64,000 nt of DNA from Nitrososphaerota archaeon (GCA_041641295.1 JBEPYO010000001.1:64001-128000); one strand, 5' to 3'; positions 29,224 through 39,441 are shown, counted from the first letter of the stretch. Made by a program: numbers and translations. The notes: a model not told the origin generated them from the sequence alone.

Positions 29224-30123
29224 CTATCCTTTCCAGAGGGAGATTATATTGAGTAGTGCTAAGACAGAGTAGACTGCCTCCTCTGTCCTCACACTTCTTA
29301 CACCTTGATATGGTATAAAATTCACACAGATGTCAAATATCTCCTCCAGTCTGGAGTTTTGAAGCTCAGCAATCTCTGCTAATCCTCGCTTATAGGAGCC
29401 GAAAGCCACACATACCGGGCCTCTAACCGTCTTAAGTGCCTTGCTGAGCCTATCCCAAACCTCTACTACAGGCTCACCATCCCTGTCAGTTGCGATCGAG
29501 TATCTATAATTCTTGACTATCTCTTTTAGCGTTCCCTTGTGGGTTGAGATTTTTGTCCCGAGGTAGTAGGGGAGCTCGTCGCGGCGCTTTATCTTGAACC
29601 TTATCTTCTTTCCATGCGACTTGACCAGCAGCAGTACCCTAGACCCGTGCCTTCTCGGCGCTTCTAAGACGATGGGCTTCTTTAGACCCGCGTGCAGTAT
29701 AGTTAATTCTCCCCTCCTCTCAAATAGGCCTTCTCTGAGCTCCCATGCATCGCTGGGTGGGATGGGTGATGGAGGGTGCGTGGGGATGTTGAGTGGTGGT
29801 AATAGCCCAGCATATCTCAGCTCAGGTCTAAGTCTGAAAAGCTTTTTTCTAAGGTAGGGCGGTGTTGATAGATATTCACATATTAGTTTTATCAGCTCCG
29901 AGTTTTTGCTGGGCTTTTCAGGCTCCTCCTCGTAGATAATCATTTGGCTTACCCTGAATATTGTCATCGCCCTGAAGAGGAACCCTATACGCATCGTCTT
30001 CTCTCGAAGATGTGCCGCATCCTCGGCGTAGGTGCTGGGTATCAGGACATGTATCTCAGGGACCGCAGCTGGCGGGGCCCTGACGCTAAATGTCGAGGAC
30101 GAATCTGACGAACGCCCTTCCAT
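29224..30123 (-). CDS. SPOUT-family RNA methyltransferase (DUF171/SPOUT1-like)
   Basis: YLSTPPYLRKKLF..LRYAGLLPPL..P.H, QGVRSVRTEEA. Confidence 0.85.
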   Translation of the reverse strand: MEGRSSDSSSTFSVRAPPAAVPEIHVLIPSTYAEDAAHLREKTMRIGFLFRAMTIFRVSQMIIYEEEPEKPSKNSELIKLICEYLSTPPYLRKKLFRLRPELRYAGLLPPLNIPTHPPSPIPPSDAWELREGLFERRGELTILHAGLKKPIVLEAPRRHGSRVLLLVKSHGKKIRFKIKRRDELPYYLGTKISTHKGTLKEIVKNYRYSIATDRDGEPVVEVWDRLSKALKTVRGPVCVAFGSYKRGLAEIAELQNSRLEEIFDICVNFIPYQGVRSVRTEEAVYSVLALLNIISLWKG

Positions 30124-30526
30124 CCTCCTTCTTCACCTCCATCAGCCAGTATGTCGGCGACTTCACATGGGTCCCAGGCCTGTGCCTACCCTCATCATAC
30201 TGCTCACCCCAAACCTCTCCCCTCACCTTAAAGACATCCGATTCGACCAGCTCTTCCACCCTAACCTTACAGCCTACAAACCGGTCAATCTCAAAGAGGA
30301 GAAGTAGCTTCTCAAGCCACTCGTAGAGGAGGGATAGGTGGTCGTACCCCTCAGCCTCTACAACTCTCTTTGATGCGGGTGATATCGACTCGAGATTGCT
30401 CACTAGGGTCTCGAATAATGCCATTCCAGCCTCTTCAAACGCCTCCTTCAAATCCGAGCCAAATGCCTCGACGTATATGTCGCTGGTATGCTCGAGGAAG
30501 CGCCTACCCCTCATACCACTAGCCAA
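30086..30526 (-). CDS. Archease (RtcB activator)
   Basis: FLEHTSDIYVEAFG, HVKSPTY, C-terminal VLDI. Confidence 0.9.
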   Translation of the reverse strand: MASGMRGRRFLEHTSDIYVEAFGSDLKEAFEEAGMALFETLVSNLESISPASKRVVEAEGYDHLSLLYEWLEKLLLLFEIDRFVGCKVRVEELVESDVFKVRGEVWGEQYDEGRHRPGTHVKSPTYWLMEVKKEDGRAFVRFVLDI

Positions 30527-30574
30527 GTCTCCCCGCCCAGAGATAAATCAGGCCCTCGCCGCGGATAAATCTTA

Positions 30575-31576
30575 ATGATAGCTGGGAAGATGTTACACAG
30601 GTTGGTCAAGAGGGTCTCGGTTCGAGTTCCATCAAGCACGGCTAATCTAGGTCCAGGCTTCGACGCCTTCTCCATGGCTCTCGAGGAGCCACATTTGGAA
30701 CTTGTGGTGGAGAGGGTTGAGGGGGGAGAGGGTGTAGTGGTTGATGTTTATGGCCCCTATCGCCACCGCGTCCCCACCGACCCACACCGAAACGCGGCGG
30801 CAAAAGTTCTCCTTAAGCTGGCCGAGAAGAGCGGCGGCACACAGGGTTTGAGAGTTGTTATAGACGCTTCGATTCCGGTGGCTAAGGGTCTCGGGTCCTC
30901 GGGAGCTGAGGCGGCAGGCGCAGTTGTGGCGGGTGAGCGAATTCTCGAAATGGTTCTTAACGAAGAGGAGAGGATTAGGATTGCGGCTTCAGCCGAGCCC
31001 GGGTCGCATGCCGACAACGTGATAGCATCCCTCCTCGGAGGGTTCAACATAATTGACAACTCTCCCGCAGGGCTGACCTACCTTAACATCAAGCCCCCAG
31101 ACTACATCGGATTGGTTATACTGGTCCCAGTCGTTGAGAAGAAGTCTACCGACGAGGCGCGCAAAATCCTCACAAGTCCTCCAACCCTGACAGAATATTC
31201 ACAAGCCCTCTCGAGGTCATCCCTCATCTCAGCAGCACTGGCATTGGGCAGGATGGACCTACTCTTGAAACTTATTCCGTTTGACCCCTTCATCGAGAAG
31301 GTCAGAGCTAACGCCGGCCTATACGGCCCTGGATACAGGTGGGAACACCTACTCGAAGAGAAAAAGAAATTACTGAGCGAATATGGCGTCGCCCTTTGTA
31401 TCAGCGGCTCGGGGCCCTCACGACTCTTAATTTACGACGTGCGAAGAGGAGTAGAGAAGATTGAGCGTGCAGTCGAGTACCTCTCTGAGCGTATTGAAAG
31501 ATTGGCTGGAGGCCTCGAGAAAGTTATATACACGAGGCCTACAACCCAAGGTGCAAAGATCATTGAGGAGCATTAG
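30575..31576 (+). CDS. thrB: Homoserine kinase
   Basis: PSSTANLGPGFD, IPVAKGLGSSGA, HADNV, ISGSGPS. Confidence 0.9.
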   Translation: MIAGKMLHRLVKRVSVRVPSSTANLGPGFDAFSMALEEPHLELVVERVEGGEGVVVDVYGPYRHRVPTDPHRNAAAKVLLKLAEKSGGTQGLRVVIDASIPVAKGLGSSGAEAAGAVVAGERILEMVLNEEERIRIAASAEPGSHADNVIASLLGGFNIIDNSPAGLTYLNIKPPDYIGLVILVPVVEKKSTDEARKILTSPPTLTEYSQALSRSSLISAALALGRMDLLLKLIPFDPFIEKVRANAGLYGPGYRWEHLLEEKKKLLSEYGVALCISGSGPSRLLIYDVRRGVEKIERAVEYLSERIERLAGGLEKVIYTRPTTQGAKIIEEH

Positions 31577-31733
31577 GCTTAACCCCGCGAACAATGTATC
31601 CACTCTTACCTCCGGGTAGGATAATTAAGACGTCCCCACACCTCTTACACCTGAAATACAGATTCTCACCCCCCTCCGTCCTCTGGCCGCCCAAGAACTC
31701 GAGATCTTCATGCCTACACTTCTCATCCCCCAA
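31560..31733 (-). CDS. Small putative Zn-ribbon protein (57 aa), not in the ORF track
   Basis: MGDEKCRHEDLEFLGGQRTEGGENLYFRCKRCGDVLIILPGGKSGYIVRGVKPNAPQ; TTG start after GGGAGGGAGGG SD; CxH and CxxC motifs. Confidence 0.65.
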   Translation of the reverse strand: MGDEKCRHEDLEFLGGQRTEGGENLYFRCKRCGDVLIILPGGKSGYIVRGVKPNAPQ

Positions 31734-31804
31734 TACCCTCCCCTCCCACTAACTATTCAGCACACATAAATTAATATGGGGATCTTCTGGATGAGTTGGT
31801 TGAA

Positions 31805-31896
31805 GGGGCCGTGGTCTAGCATGGCTATGACGCCAGCCTGGGGAACTACACGGTCCTGAGCGCTGGAGGACGTGGGTTCAAATCCCACCGGCCCCA
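31805..31896 (+). tRNA. tRNA-Pro(GGG) with 17-nt intron at 37/38 (31844-31860)
   Basis: GGGGCCG/CGGCCCC acceptor stem, CCAGC/GCTGG anticodon stem, GTTCAAATC T-loop, BHB-like junction; upstream ATAAATTAAT. Confidence 0.92.
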
Positions 31897-31991
31897 CCCC
31901 CAGAAAACTTGGACAGGCCGCGCAAAAGATTTGTAGCTGAGGGCGCGTGAATAAATATTTATTTGAAGTGTGGGATAGAATTTTGAAAGTA

Positions 31992-33038
31992 ATGAGCAGC
32001 AGAGAAGAACTTGCCAAAAAATTCCTTGTTAGGAAGTTGAGGCCGATTGAAATAGGTGAGAAAAGTATTAGTCAATTGCTGGACTCGATGGCTATGACGG
32101 GCTTTCAAGGCCGTAGGCTCGGAGAGGTTGTGAAGGTTTGGGAAACGGCATGTAGAACAGAGAATACCGTGATATTCCTAGGGCTCGCGGGTTCTCTAAG
32201 CACGACGGGGCAGAGCGAGATAGTAAAATTCCTCATAAGAAACAGGTTCATCGACGTACTTGTCTCAACCGGTGCAAACATAACGGAAGACCTAGTGGAA
32301 GCACTTGGCGCCAACTATTACATGGGAGAGCCAAACCTCGACGATTCCGAGCTGTTTAAGGCAGGCATCTATAGATTCCACGACGTCTTGGTAAGGGATG
32401 TAGACTACTTTAAGATGGAAAAGATGCTCGCGGATTTCATGGCGCAGCTTGACCGTACCAAGGTCTATTCTTCAGCCAAGTTTCTGAATCAGCTTGGGGC
32501 TTGGCTTGACGGAAAGGGGGTTAATGGTATTCTGACAGAAGCGTGGAGAAGTGGTGTTCCCGTCTTCTCACCGGCACTTGTAGACTCGGGTATGGGGGTA
32601 GCATACCTTCTAAACAAGTATCGGCATGGTGAGGGTTTCAAACTCTTGATAGACCATTTCGCCGATTATGAATTAATCGTCAAGATAAAGGCGAAATTTG
32701 CCGACAGTGCAGCGATCTTTATCGGGGGTGGTGTTCCCAAGGACTTCATACAGCTTGCAGCTGTGGCAGTCGATGTTCTACTCTCCGGCGACTTATCCAA
32801 ATACAGGCCTCACAGGTTCGCAGCACAGATAACCACAGACAGCCCCCACTGGGGAGGCCTCTCCGGCGCCACATTGGATGAGGCTAAGAGCTGGGGGAAA
32901 GAGAGCCCGGACAGCATGACCGTTCAGTGCTTCTGCGACGCCACAATCGGGCTCCCACTCGTGGCTCATGCCCTCTACGAGAAGCTAGGGCGAAGAAAAG
33001 ACCCGCCTGACCTCAGCTGGGTGTTTAAGGAAGGCTAA
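31992..33038 (+). CDS. Deoxyhypusine synthase-like protein (non-canonical paralog, possible homospermidine synthase)
   Basis: GFQGRRLG, STGAN, GGGVPKDF, WGGLSGATLDEAKSWGK; ATG at 31992 preferred over 31947. Confidence 0.85.
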   Translation: MSSREELAKKFLVRKLRPIEIGEKSISQLLDSMAMTGFQGRRLGEVVKVWETACRTENTVIFLGLAGSLSTTGQSEIVKFLIRNRFIDVLVSTGANITEDLVEALGANYYMGEPNLDDSELFKAGIYRFHDVLVRDVDYFKMEKMLADFMAQLDRTKVYSSAKFLNQLGAWLDGKGVNGILTEAWRSGVPVFSPALVDSGMGVAYLLNKYRHGEGFKLLIDHFADYELIVKIKAKFADSAAIFIGGGVPKDFIQLAAVAVDVLLSGDLSKYRPHRFAAQITTDSPHWGGLSGATLDEAKSWGKESPDSMTVQCFCDATIGLPLVAHALYEKLGRRKDPPDLSWVFKEG

Positions 33039-33988
33039 CCGAGGAGGACAGACGCTAATAGGGGAAGAATCAAGGTGGCGTCTCCGTAGATTGTGACTTT
33101 TCTAGCGTGGGTTTTCAGTTTGCCCCAGCTTATGGCCTCCTTCAGTGGCGCCCCTGTCAGGCTTCCATCCCACTCGTTCCCGGTCGTGACGTAGACTGCA
33201 TAGTCTAGGCCACCCCCAAACTGGTTCAGCCACAAGAGGTGATGCTTGCTTATTCCACCCCCTATTATGAGGCCGCCCCTCCTGACCTCTTTGAAGAGGT
33301 TATCGGAGAGCCTGTCATAGTCCCTGAAGAGATTTAGCCTAAAGTCTCGATGCGTTGTGTGAAACATCCAGAGCTGGGTTCCAGCGGCACCATCCATTAT
33401 ACCGGGGACTACCACGTCCACGTTAGCCTCAGCGGCAGCCCTTAAAATCGACCCCTCTGGAAGACGCCTCCCTATCTCCCTAGCAAGCTCGATAGTCCCA
33501 ATCTCTCTCACCCCCTTGTCGTAAAGCTCGTTCAGTAGACCGAGCATGAAGCGCTCAATCGCGAGCCCGTAGTTCTCCTCAGGCACAATGACCGAGCCGA
33601 CACGGTGTAGTCCATGCTCACGGAGCTCCCCATCATCCAACTCGAAGGCGCCCTTGTAATAGTTGCCCAGACTCCTTGCAATGTCATGGTCAATGGTCCC
33701 GCAGGTAGTCACCACGTATTTGAAGATTCCTCGCCTTATGATGCTGGCCAAGACGCCTCTTAGACCGGTGGCTGTGAGGGAGCCTACGAAAGAGAGCCAT
33801 CGCACACATTCCCGGTCACTAACCATCTCTCTAAGTATTCTGCACCCTTCAGCAAGGTAACTGGCCATAAATCCTCCCGAGGCTGCGAAATGCTCCACTA
33901 GATTGCTTATCGTTGTGTCGGCTGAGAGGGTGTAGTCCTTAACAGGCTCCTCTCCTTTGAAACCGCCCCTCCTATCCTTATATCTCAC
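33035..33988 (-). CDS. dys: Deoxyhypusine synthase (canonical aIF5A-modifying type)
   Basis: GGFMASYL, TTCGTIDHD, GGGISKHH, DGSLTGAPLKEAISWGK. Confidence 0.88.
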   Translation of the reverse strand: MRYKDRRGGFKGEEPVKDYTLSADTTISNLVEHFAASGGFMASYLAEGCRILREMVSDRECVRWLSFVGSLTATGLRGVLASIIRRGIFKYVVTTCGTIDHDIARSLGNYYKGAFELDDGELREHGLHRVGSVIVPEENYGLAIERFMLGLLNELYDKGVREIGTIELAREIGRRLPEGSILRAAAEANVDVVVPGIMDGAAGTQLWMFHTTHRDFRLNLFRDYDRLSDNLFKEVRRGGLIIGGGISKHHLLWLNQFGGGLDYAVYVTTGNEWDGSLTGAPLKEAISWGKLKTHARKVTIYGDATLILPLLASVLLG

Positions 33989-34007
33989 GTAAATAGTCTA
34001 TGCCCGC

Positions 34008-35045
34008 TCATATTTTAGTGGCTGTCCTTCCCTTACGGTAGGACTCAACAATCCTCAGCCAATCCTTTAACCTGATTTCCATTCCGAACCTGTCCTCCCG
34101 TAGCTTCATGTATATGTAGGGGGTCATGAGTAGCCTAAAGTCTCTGAGGTAGTTGAAGCTTGAGTTGTGGACCTTCTTGATGAACTGGAATATCGTGTAG
34201 AAGACTGAAAAGCTCTTAAGGACCTTTTGTGGGTATTGCTCAATCCTCCCGTCTACACTCTGTGAAAGCAGCTCGGCACACTGCATACCCGGAATTATCC
34301 CCTCTCCAATAACGGGGTGGACAGTACCTATACTCTCCCCAAGCCCAACCACGCCATTGCTGATAATGGGTGCGCAGAGGTGGGGTGGGGCGATCCTCAC
34401 AGGACGCCCCACAACATCAATGACCTCGCCGGGGTTTTTTCTGATGAACTCGTCTAGAGCCTCTTTATGCCTATTGAAGTAGTCGCCAACTCCCACGTGG
34501 GCTAGGTTGTTGGATAGGGGAAAGTACCAGAGATATCCGCCTAGGTGGGTTAGTGGCATCAGGTAGAAGTCATCGATGGGTGGGCTATCATACTTCACAA
34601 GATACTCCACAGTCGGGATGTAGTAGTCGCGGGCTATTCTTGGTAGGAGGGCCCTGTGGAACCCCGTGGCGTCCACTATCAAGTCAAAGCCTGTTATCTT
34701 TACTTTTTTCACGTCAATGCTATAATATACTTTCAGTCTGCTGTGCATGTCTAGTATGAACTGCTTCTTGTTAAATGTGCAGAGCCCTTTAAGCTTGATG
34801 GAGAATTCACTCTCATCGGGTAGCTTAACGATCATCTCTTTCCCCTCATGGAGAATGTATTCGTCGAAATTCAGGCCTATACGTCCGGCTAGGCGCCTCA
34901 TCTCATGTTTACTCGTCCCCCAGGCACATATTGCCCTGAAGTTTTCGGCTTTCTGCCGCTCAAAAACCACGACTTCGTGGTCACCCTTGATGAGGTTTGC
35001 GAAGTAGCTTCCAGCCACTCCCCCGCCCGCGACCGCGACCCTCAC
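34008..35045 (-). CDS. FAD-dependent oxidoreductase, geranylgeranyl-reductase-like
   Basis: GGGVAG, DATG, GYLWYFP, GESIGTVHPVIGEGI. Confidence 0.8.
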   Translation of the reverse strand: MRVAVAGGGVAGSYFANLIKGDHEVVVFERQKAENFRAICAWGTSKHEMRRLAGRIGLNFDEYILHEGKEMIVKLPDESEFSIKLKGLCTFNKKQFILDMHSRLKVYYSIDVKKVKITGFDLIVDATGFHRALLPRIARDYYIPTVEYLVKYDSPPIDDFYLMPLTHLGGYLWYFPLSNNLAHVGVGDYFNRHKEALDEFIRKNPGEVIDVVGRPVRIAPPHLCAPIISNGVVGLGESIGTVHPVIGEGIIPGMQCAELLSQSVDGRIEQYPQKVLKSFSVFYTIFQFIKKVHNSSFNYLRDFRLLMTPYIYMKLREDRFGMEIRLKDWLRIVESYRKGRTATKI

Positions 35046-35099
35046 ACTACATACACCGGGGCCGTCATTTTTTAAGCATCACCAGCTACACGGGACGTT

Positions 35100-35801
35100 T
35101 CAGCCCTCAACGACTGTACCGGCATAACCCTCAAGTATAGCCCGCCGTATATTTCGCACATCCCGTCCATCGATTATGGATAGTTTGATCCTGCTCCGCT
35201 CTAGGATTGATAGGCCAACATTATCTATAAGCCTGTACTCGCCCGCTAGCTGCGGGCTCCCGGCCATTATTTTTCTAAGCTCCGCGTAGCTTAGCCGCGG
35301 TAGTATCCGGGCGTCACTGTGTATCTTGGGGTCTTTGTTGTAGATACCCTCAACGTTTGAGGCGACGATTAGTCTCTCCGCCCTTATCGTCTCTGCGCAA
35401 TAGGTTGCTACCGCGAAGGTGGATTGCCCGGGCCAGAACCCGCCGGCAACAGCTATGCCTTTTCCAACTAGGGCGGCTCTGAGGTCATCTACGTTCTTGA
35501 CGACTAGTGGGTATGCTTTTTCCCCCAGGGCTTGGATAAAGAGGGCTGCGTGTATCCTCGTGACCTCTGTGGCGATTTCGTCGCACCTCGTCTCATCGGC
35601 CCCTAGTCTTTTGGCCGCTTCTATGAAGGCCCGCGCCCCAACCCCTCCTCCAACCACGACAACCCATTTATCATTCTCAGAATGGGCCTCCCTCAAAATG
35701 TCTGCCGCCTGTTTTATCCACTCCACAGAGACCCCATCTTTTGTCGAGAAGAGATGCCCGCCAATCTTTATTACCAGCCGCAAATCGTGGAAAAATATCA
35801 C
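35100..35801 (-). CDS. pyrH: UMP kinase
   Basis: VIKIGG, VVVGGG..AR, PGQSTFAVA, GIYNKDPK. Confidence 0.92.
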   Translation of the reverse strand: MIFFHDLRLVIKIGGHLFSTKDGVSVEWIKQAADILREAHSENDKWVVVVGGGVGARAFIEAAKRLGADETRCDEIATEVTRIHAALFIQALGEKAYPLVVKNVDDLRAALVGKGIAVAGGFWPGQSTFAVATYCAETIRAERLIVASNVEGIYNKDPKIHSDARILPRLSYAELRKIMAGSPQLAGEYRLIDNVGLSILERSRIKLSIIDGRDVRNIRRAILEGYAGTVVEG

Positions 35802-35875
35802 CCATCCCCTAATTAAAATATCCCCTGATAATGTCGGCGCAGGTTGACTAATAGTTAAATTCAGCCCAGTGGAAT

Positions 35876-37147
35876 ATGGGTGTCGGGACTGAGAATGGAA
35901 TAGCCAAATGGGGAAGTGTGGATCGATACAAGTTCAGGCGTTTCGTGGAGTTTTTAGAGTCTCGGCAGGGTCGCGGAACTGAGCTGGTAACGCTCTACAT
36001 ACCGCCTGGGAAGAGGATTGACGAGGTTATAGGGTATTTGAGGCAGGAGCTCTCGACCGCCTCTAACATAAAGTCCAAAGGGACTAGGAAGGCGGTAATG
36101 GATGCGATAGAGAGTGCCATCCAGCGGCTCAAGCTCTTTAACGACAGCGGCCCTAATGGCCTAATCATATTCAGTGGAGCTATACCTCAGAACGGAGAGG
36201 GTACGGAGAAGATCGAGGTATACCACCTCCACCCACCACAGCCAATCAACTTCTTCCTCTACCGCTGCGACTCGAAATTCTACCTCGACCCACTGAAGGA
36301 CCTGCTAAAAGAGAAGGAGACTTACGGTATAATCGCTATGGATAATGAGGATGCGGCGATAGCAGTTCTCCGCGGAAAGATGATTATTGAACTTAGAACA
36401 TATACCAGTGGCATTCCAGGCAAACATAGAGCGGGCGGCCAGTCTTCTAGGAGATTTGAGCGGCTAAGGGAGCAGGCGCTCCAAGACTACTATTCACGGC
36501 TCGCAGAACACGCAAACGAGATATTTCTCAACTATCCTGACCTCAAGGCGATAATCATAGCTGGCCCTGGCCCAACTAAGGAGGTATTTGCGAAGGAGGG
36601 AAAACTCCACTACACCCTGCGCGACAAAATACACGTGATTGACACATCGTATGCTGGTGAAGAGGGTGTGAGGGAGGCAATCGATAGGGCAGCCGATATA
36701 CTATCCAACCTCAGACTGGTGAAAGAGAGGAGACTGGTTGAGGACTTGATGAGAAGGGTCGCAACACAGAACACCGTGATCTACGGCCTAGATTCGGTCA
36801 GACAGGCCTTGCAAGGGAGGCAGCTCGAACTCCTCCTCATTAGCGAAGAACTGGACCTCTTCGAAGTCACTTATAGCTGCTCAAACTGCGGCTACACTGT
36901 TACCGAGACCCTCAGTGAGGGTGACCTCGTCTCCTTGCTTCCGGAAAAGCTCTCTCAAAAATGTCCAAAGTGCGGGGTCCAAGGCTTCAAGCTGAACAGC
37001 CAAGAGAAGCTCGTTGACATACTCATAAAGCAGGCCGAGGAGGCAAACACGAAGATAGAGCTAATCTCAGCATCCCACGAGTCTGGAGAAATGTTTCTGA
37101 AGACGTTTGGAGGAGTGGCGGGGCTGTTGAAGGGCTCTAGCAGGTAA
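35876..37147 (+). CDS. prf1: Peptide chain release factor aRF1
   Basis: TELVTLYIPP, NIKS, YRCD, GGQSSRRF; Zn-ribbon insertion CxxC..CxxC. Confidence 0.97.
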   Translation: MGVGTENGIAKWGSVDRYKFRRFVEFLESRQGRGTELVTLYIPPGKRIDEVIGYLRQELSTASNIKSKGTRKAVMDAIESAIQRLKLFNDSGPNGLIIFSGAIPQNGEGTEKIEVYHLHPPQPINFFLYRCDSKFYLDPLKDLLKEKETYGIIAMDNEDAAIAVLRGKMIIELRTYTSGIPGKHRAGGQSSRRFERLREQALQDYYSRLAEHANEIFLNYPDLKAIIIAGPGPTKEVFAKEGKLHYTLRDKIHVIDTSYAGEEGVREAIDRAADILSNLRLVKERRLVEDLMRRVATQNTVIYGLDSVRQALQGRQLELLLISEELDLFEVTYSCSNCGYTVTETLSEGDLVSLLPEKLSQKCPKCGVQGFKLNSQEKLVDILIKQAEEANTKIELISASHESGEMFLKTFGGVAGLLKGSSR

Positions 37148-37194
37148 AACTAGCGCTAAATTTTAAAAAGAGCCAATCACTTTGAGGAGGAGGT

Positions 37195-38112
37195 TTGAAA
37201 CACTTTCTCCAAGTATTTGACGCCTCTAGGAGCGAGCTCCTGAATATTATAGAGCTTGCCCTGAGGTTTAGGCGGGATGGTTATACCGGACATCCCTTGC
37301 GTGGCAAGGTTATCGCCATGCTCTTCGAAAAACCCTCTACGCGGACTAGAGTCTCGTTTAGCTCCGCCGTCTTAAGGCTTGGAGGCGAGGTAATCTATCT
37401 CCCAGCCTCTGAACTCCAGCTAGCGCGGGGTGAGCCATTAAAAGACACTGCCCGGGTTCTAAACAGATACGTTGATGCGATAGTCGCGCGGCTTTCATCT
37501 CACTCCTCGCTGGAGGAGATTGCAAAGTACTCGGAGAAGCCTGTGATAAACGCTCTCACCAATCTACACCACCCGTGCCAAGCCTTAGCGGATGTTGCTA
37601 CGATGTATGAGGAAGCGGGGGGATGGGGGTTCAAGGTTTCATACATTGGAGACTGTGGGAATGTCTGCAGGTCCTTGGTGCAGATATGCGCATCGCTGGG
37701 TATATCAATCTCCGTTGCCTCCCCTCGCAAATATTGGTTCCCATCAGACGAGATTCAGCTGTATAAGGAGGTTGCATCGTCGGCAGGCAGCGCGGTAGAG
37801 TTTACCGAAGACCCTGAGGAAGCTGTGGCGGGCTCCGACTTCATCTACACGGACGTCTTCGTATCAATGGGAATGGAGAGCGAGTATGAGGCTAGGCTCC
37901 GAGACTTCCTCCCCCGCTACCGCGTGAGCATGAGGCTCTTCGAGAAGGCGAAGCCTGGCGCCAAGTTTATGCACTGTATGCCTATCAGGCGGGGAGAGGA
38001 GGTGGAGGAGGATGTCGTCGAGTCGAGCCGCTCTATAATATTCCTACAGGCCGAGTATAGGATGCATACGTCTGCCGCTCTTCTCTTCTCCCTACTGGGA
38101 GAGCCTAGCTAG
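37195..38112 (+). CDS. argF: Ornithine carbamoyltransferase
   Basis: FEKPSTRTRVSF, HPCQALAD, YTDVFVSMG, FMHCMP. Confidence 0.95.
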   Translation: MKHFLQVFDASRSELLNIIELALRFRRDGYTGHPLRGKVIAMLFEKPSTRTRVSFSSAVLRLGGEVIYLPASELQLARGEPLKDTARVLNRYVDAIVARLSSHSSLEEIAKYSEKPVINALTNLHHPCQALADVATMYEEAGGWGFKVSYIGDCGNVCRSLVQICASLGISISVASPRKYWFPSDEIQLYKEVASSAGSAVEFTEDPEEAVAGSDFIYTDVFVSMGMESEYEARLRDFLPRYRVSMRLFEKAKPGAKFMHCMPIRRGEEVEEDVVESSRSIIFLQAEYRMHTSAALLFSLLGEPS

Positions 38113-38626
38113 CGGTTTGGGGCTCCTGCACACTCTTTTCCAGCCGCTCGATTATAATGTTGTAAGACTTGGGCAGCTTAGAGGCGGCAACTTTTATTGC
38201 CTGCTTAGCCAATTCAATATCCCTCCCATAGACATATAGTTCGAGAACATCCTCGCCTGCCTCTACCTGGGCAGCCCTGCCCACAGGCCGTCCAAAAGCC
38301 CTGCTCATCCCCTCTTGGAGCCTATCTGCATGGGCTCCGAAAATCATTTTGTTCTCCCTAAGCACGTGGTGCGGGTGGGCTTTTACAGTCAGGTAAAAGT
38401 TTGTGCCTATTTTCTGAGAGAGCATCTTCCCCGCTGCGACTCTAGCCGCCTCAAGCGCCACATCTCTTATCTGAACAGACTCCTTAGCCACCAGTCTCAA
38501 CCTATATTCGTAGTCTCCTTGCCATGCCCCGTAGTCGTATTTAGCTAGCCTAGCTTGCGGGGCGCCGTGAATATAGTCCACTCTAGTGAATGGCCTCTCT
38601 AATGACCGGTAGTTCTTCGCCTTCAA
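38105..38626 (-). CDS. rpl10e: 50S ribosomal protein L10e (uL16)
   Basis: ALEAARV, PHHVLRENKM..A.ADRLQEGM..AFGRP.G.AA. Confidence 0.96.
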   Translation of the reverse strand: MKAKNYRSLERPFTRVDYIHGAPQARLAKYDYGAWQGDYEYRLRLVAKESVQIRDVALEAARVAAGKMLSQKIGTNFYLTVKAHPHHVLRENKMIFGAHADRLQEGMSRAFGRPVGRAAQVEAGEDVLELYVYGRDIELAKQAIKVAASKLPKSYNIIIERLEKSVQEPQTAS

Positions 38627-38706
38627 TTCTAAGTATCTTGTCGGGGTGGCATGCTAAAAACCTATTTTCGAGAGAGTTCTCACGATATGCTAGGCGTGGA
38701 GGGGAA

Positions 38707-39438
38707 GTGGATAGCCAAGAGAGAGTTGTTAGCGCCGAGGATATAGAGGCTGTGAAGGTTAGGATTGCGGGCGAGATTGCCATGTCCAAGTCTCCTGGAG
38801 TGGCCATGAAGAAGTGGCGGCAATTGTTTGGCGAGAAGCAGCGTGAAGTTGCAGCCCGTATGGGCGTCTCCCCCTCAGTCCTTAGCGACTACGAGCAGGG
38901 CAAGAGGTCTCCTGGTATTAAGTTCGTGAGCAGGTATGTCGAGAGTTTGATAGCTTTAGACCTTGAGAAAGGAGGGGCGAATATCAGGCATTTCTCAGAC
39001 CCCTCGCGCTCACGCCACAGGGCTATCTTGGATTTGCGAGAATTCTCCACCCCAGTAACCCTTGACAAGATAGTTGATGCTATGGAGGGGGAGTATCTGT
39101 GGAGGAGTAGGGGGCGTGAGCCGGAGGTCTACGGATACACGGTTGTTGACAGCATAGCAGCGATAAGATACATGGACTCTACCGAGTTCATCCAGATCTT
39201 CGGATTAACCTCGATGAGAGTCCTAGTCTTCACGAATGTCTCTACAGGAAGATCACCGCTAGTGGCTGTCAGGGTCTATCCCCTGAAACCCGTTGCAGTT
39301 GCATTACATGGCCCGCCCTCACCCGAACAGGTTGATAAACTAGCCGTGGAGCTCGCGGAGCTTTCTAGGGTCCCACTAATACTGAGTAGGTCTAAGTCTG
39401 TGAAAGACATGATTGAGGCCTTGAGGAGGCTGGGGTGA
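38707..39438 (+). CDS. XRE-type HTH transcriptional regulator (archaeal COG1709-like)
   Basis: IAGEIAMSKSPG, SPSVLSDYE, YGYTVVDSIAAI, NVSTGRSPLVAVR; GTG at 38707 with SD. Confidence 0.85.
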   Translation: MDSQERVVSAEDIEAVKVRIAGEIAMSKSPGVAMKKWRQLFGEKQREVAARMGVSPSVLSDYEQGKRSPGIKFVSRYVESLIALDLEKGGANIRHFSDPSRSRHRAILDLREFSTPVTLDKIVDAMEGEYLWRSRGREPEVYGYTVVDSIAAIRYMDSTEFIQIFGLTSMRVLVFTNVSTGRSPLVAVRVYPLKPVAVALHGPPSPEQVDKLAVELAELSRVPLILSRSKSVKDMIEALRRLG

Positions 39439-39441
39439 GGA

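Noticed and set aside
30142-30198. C/D-like layout on the minus strand (ATGATGA...CTGA)
   Set aside because: D' and C' boxes are degenerate, and it lies inside the conserved archease coding sequence.
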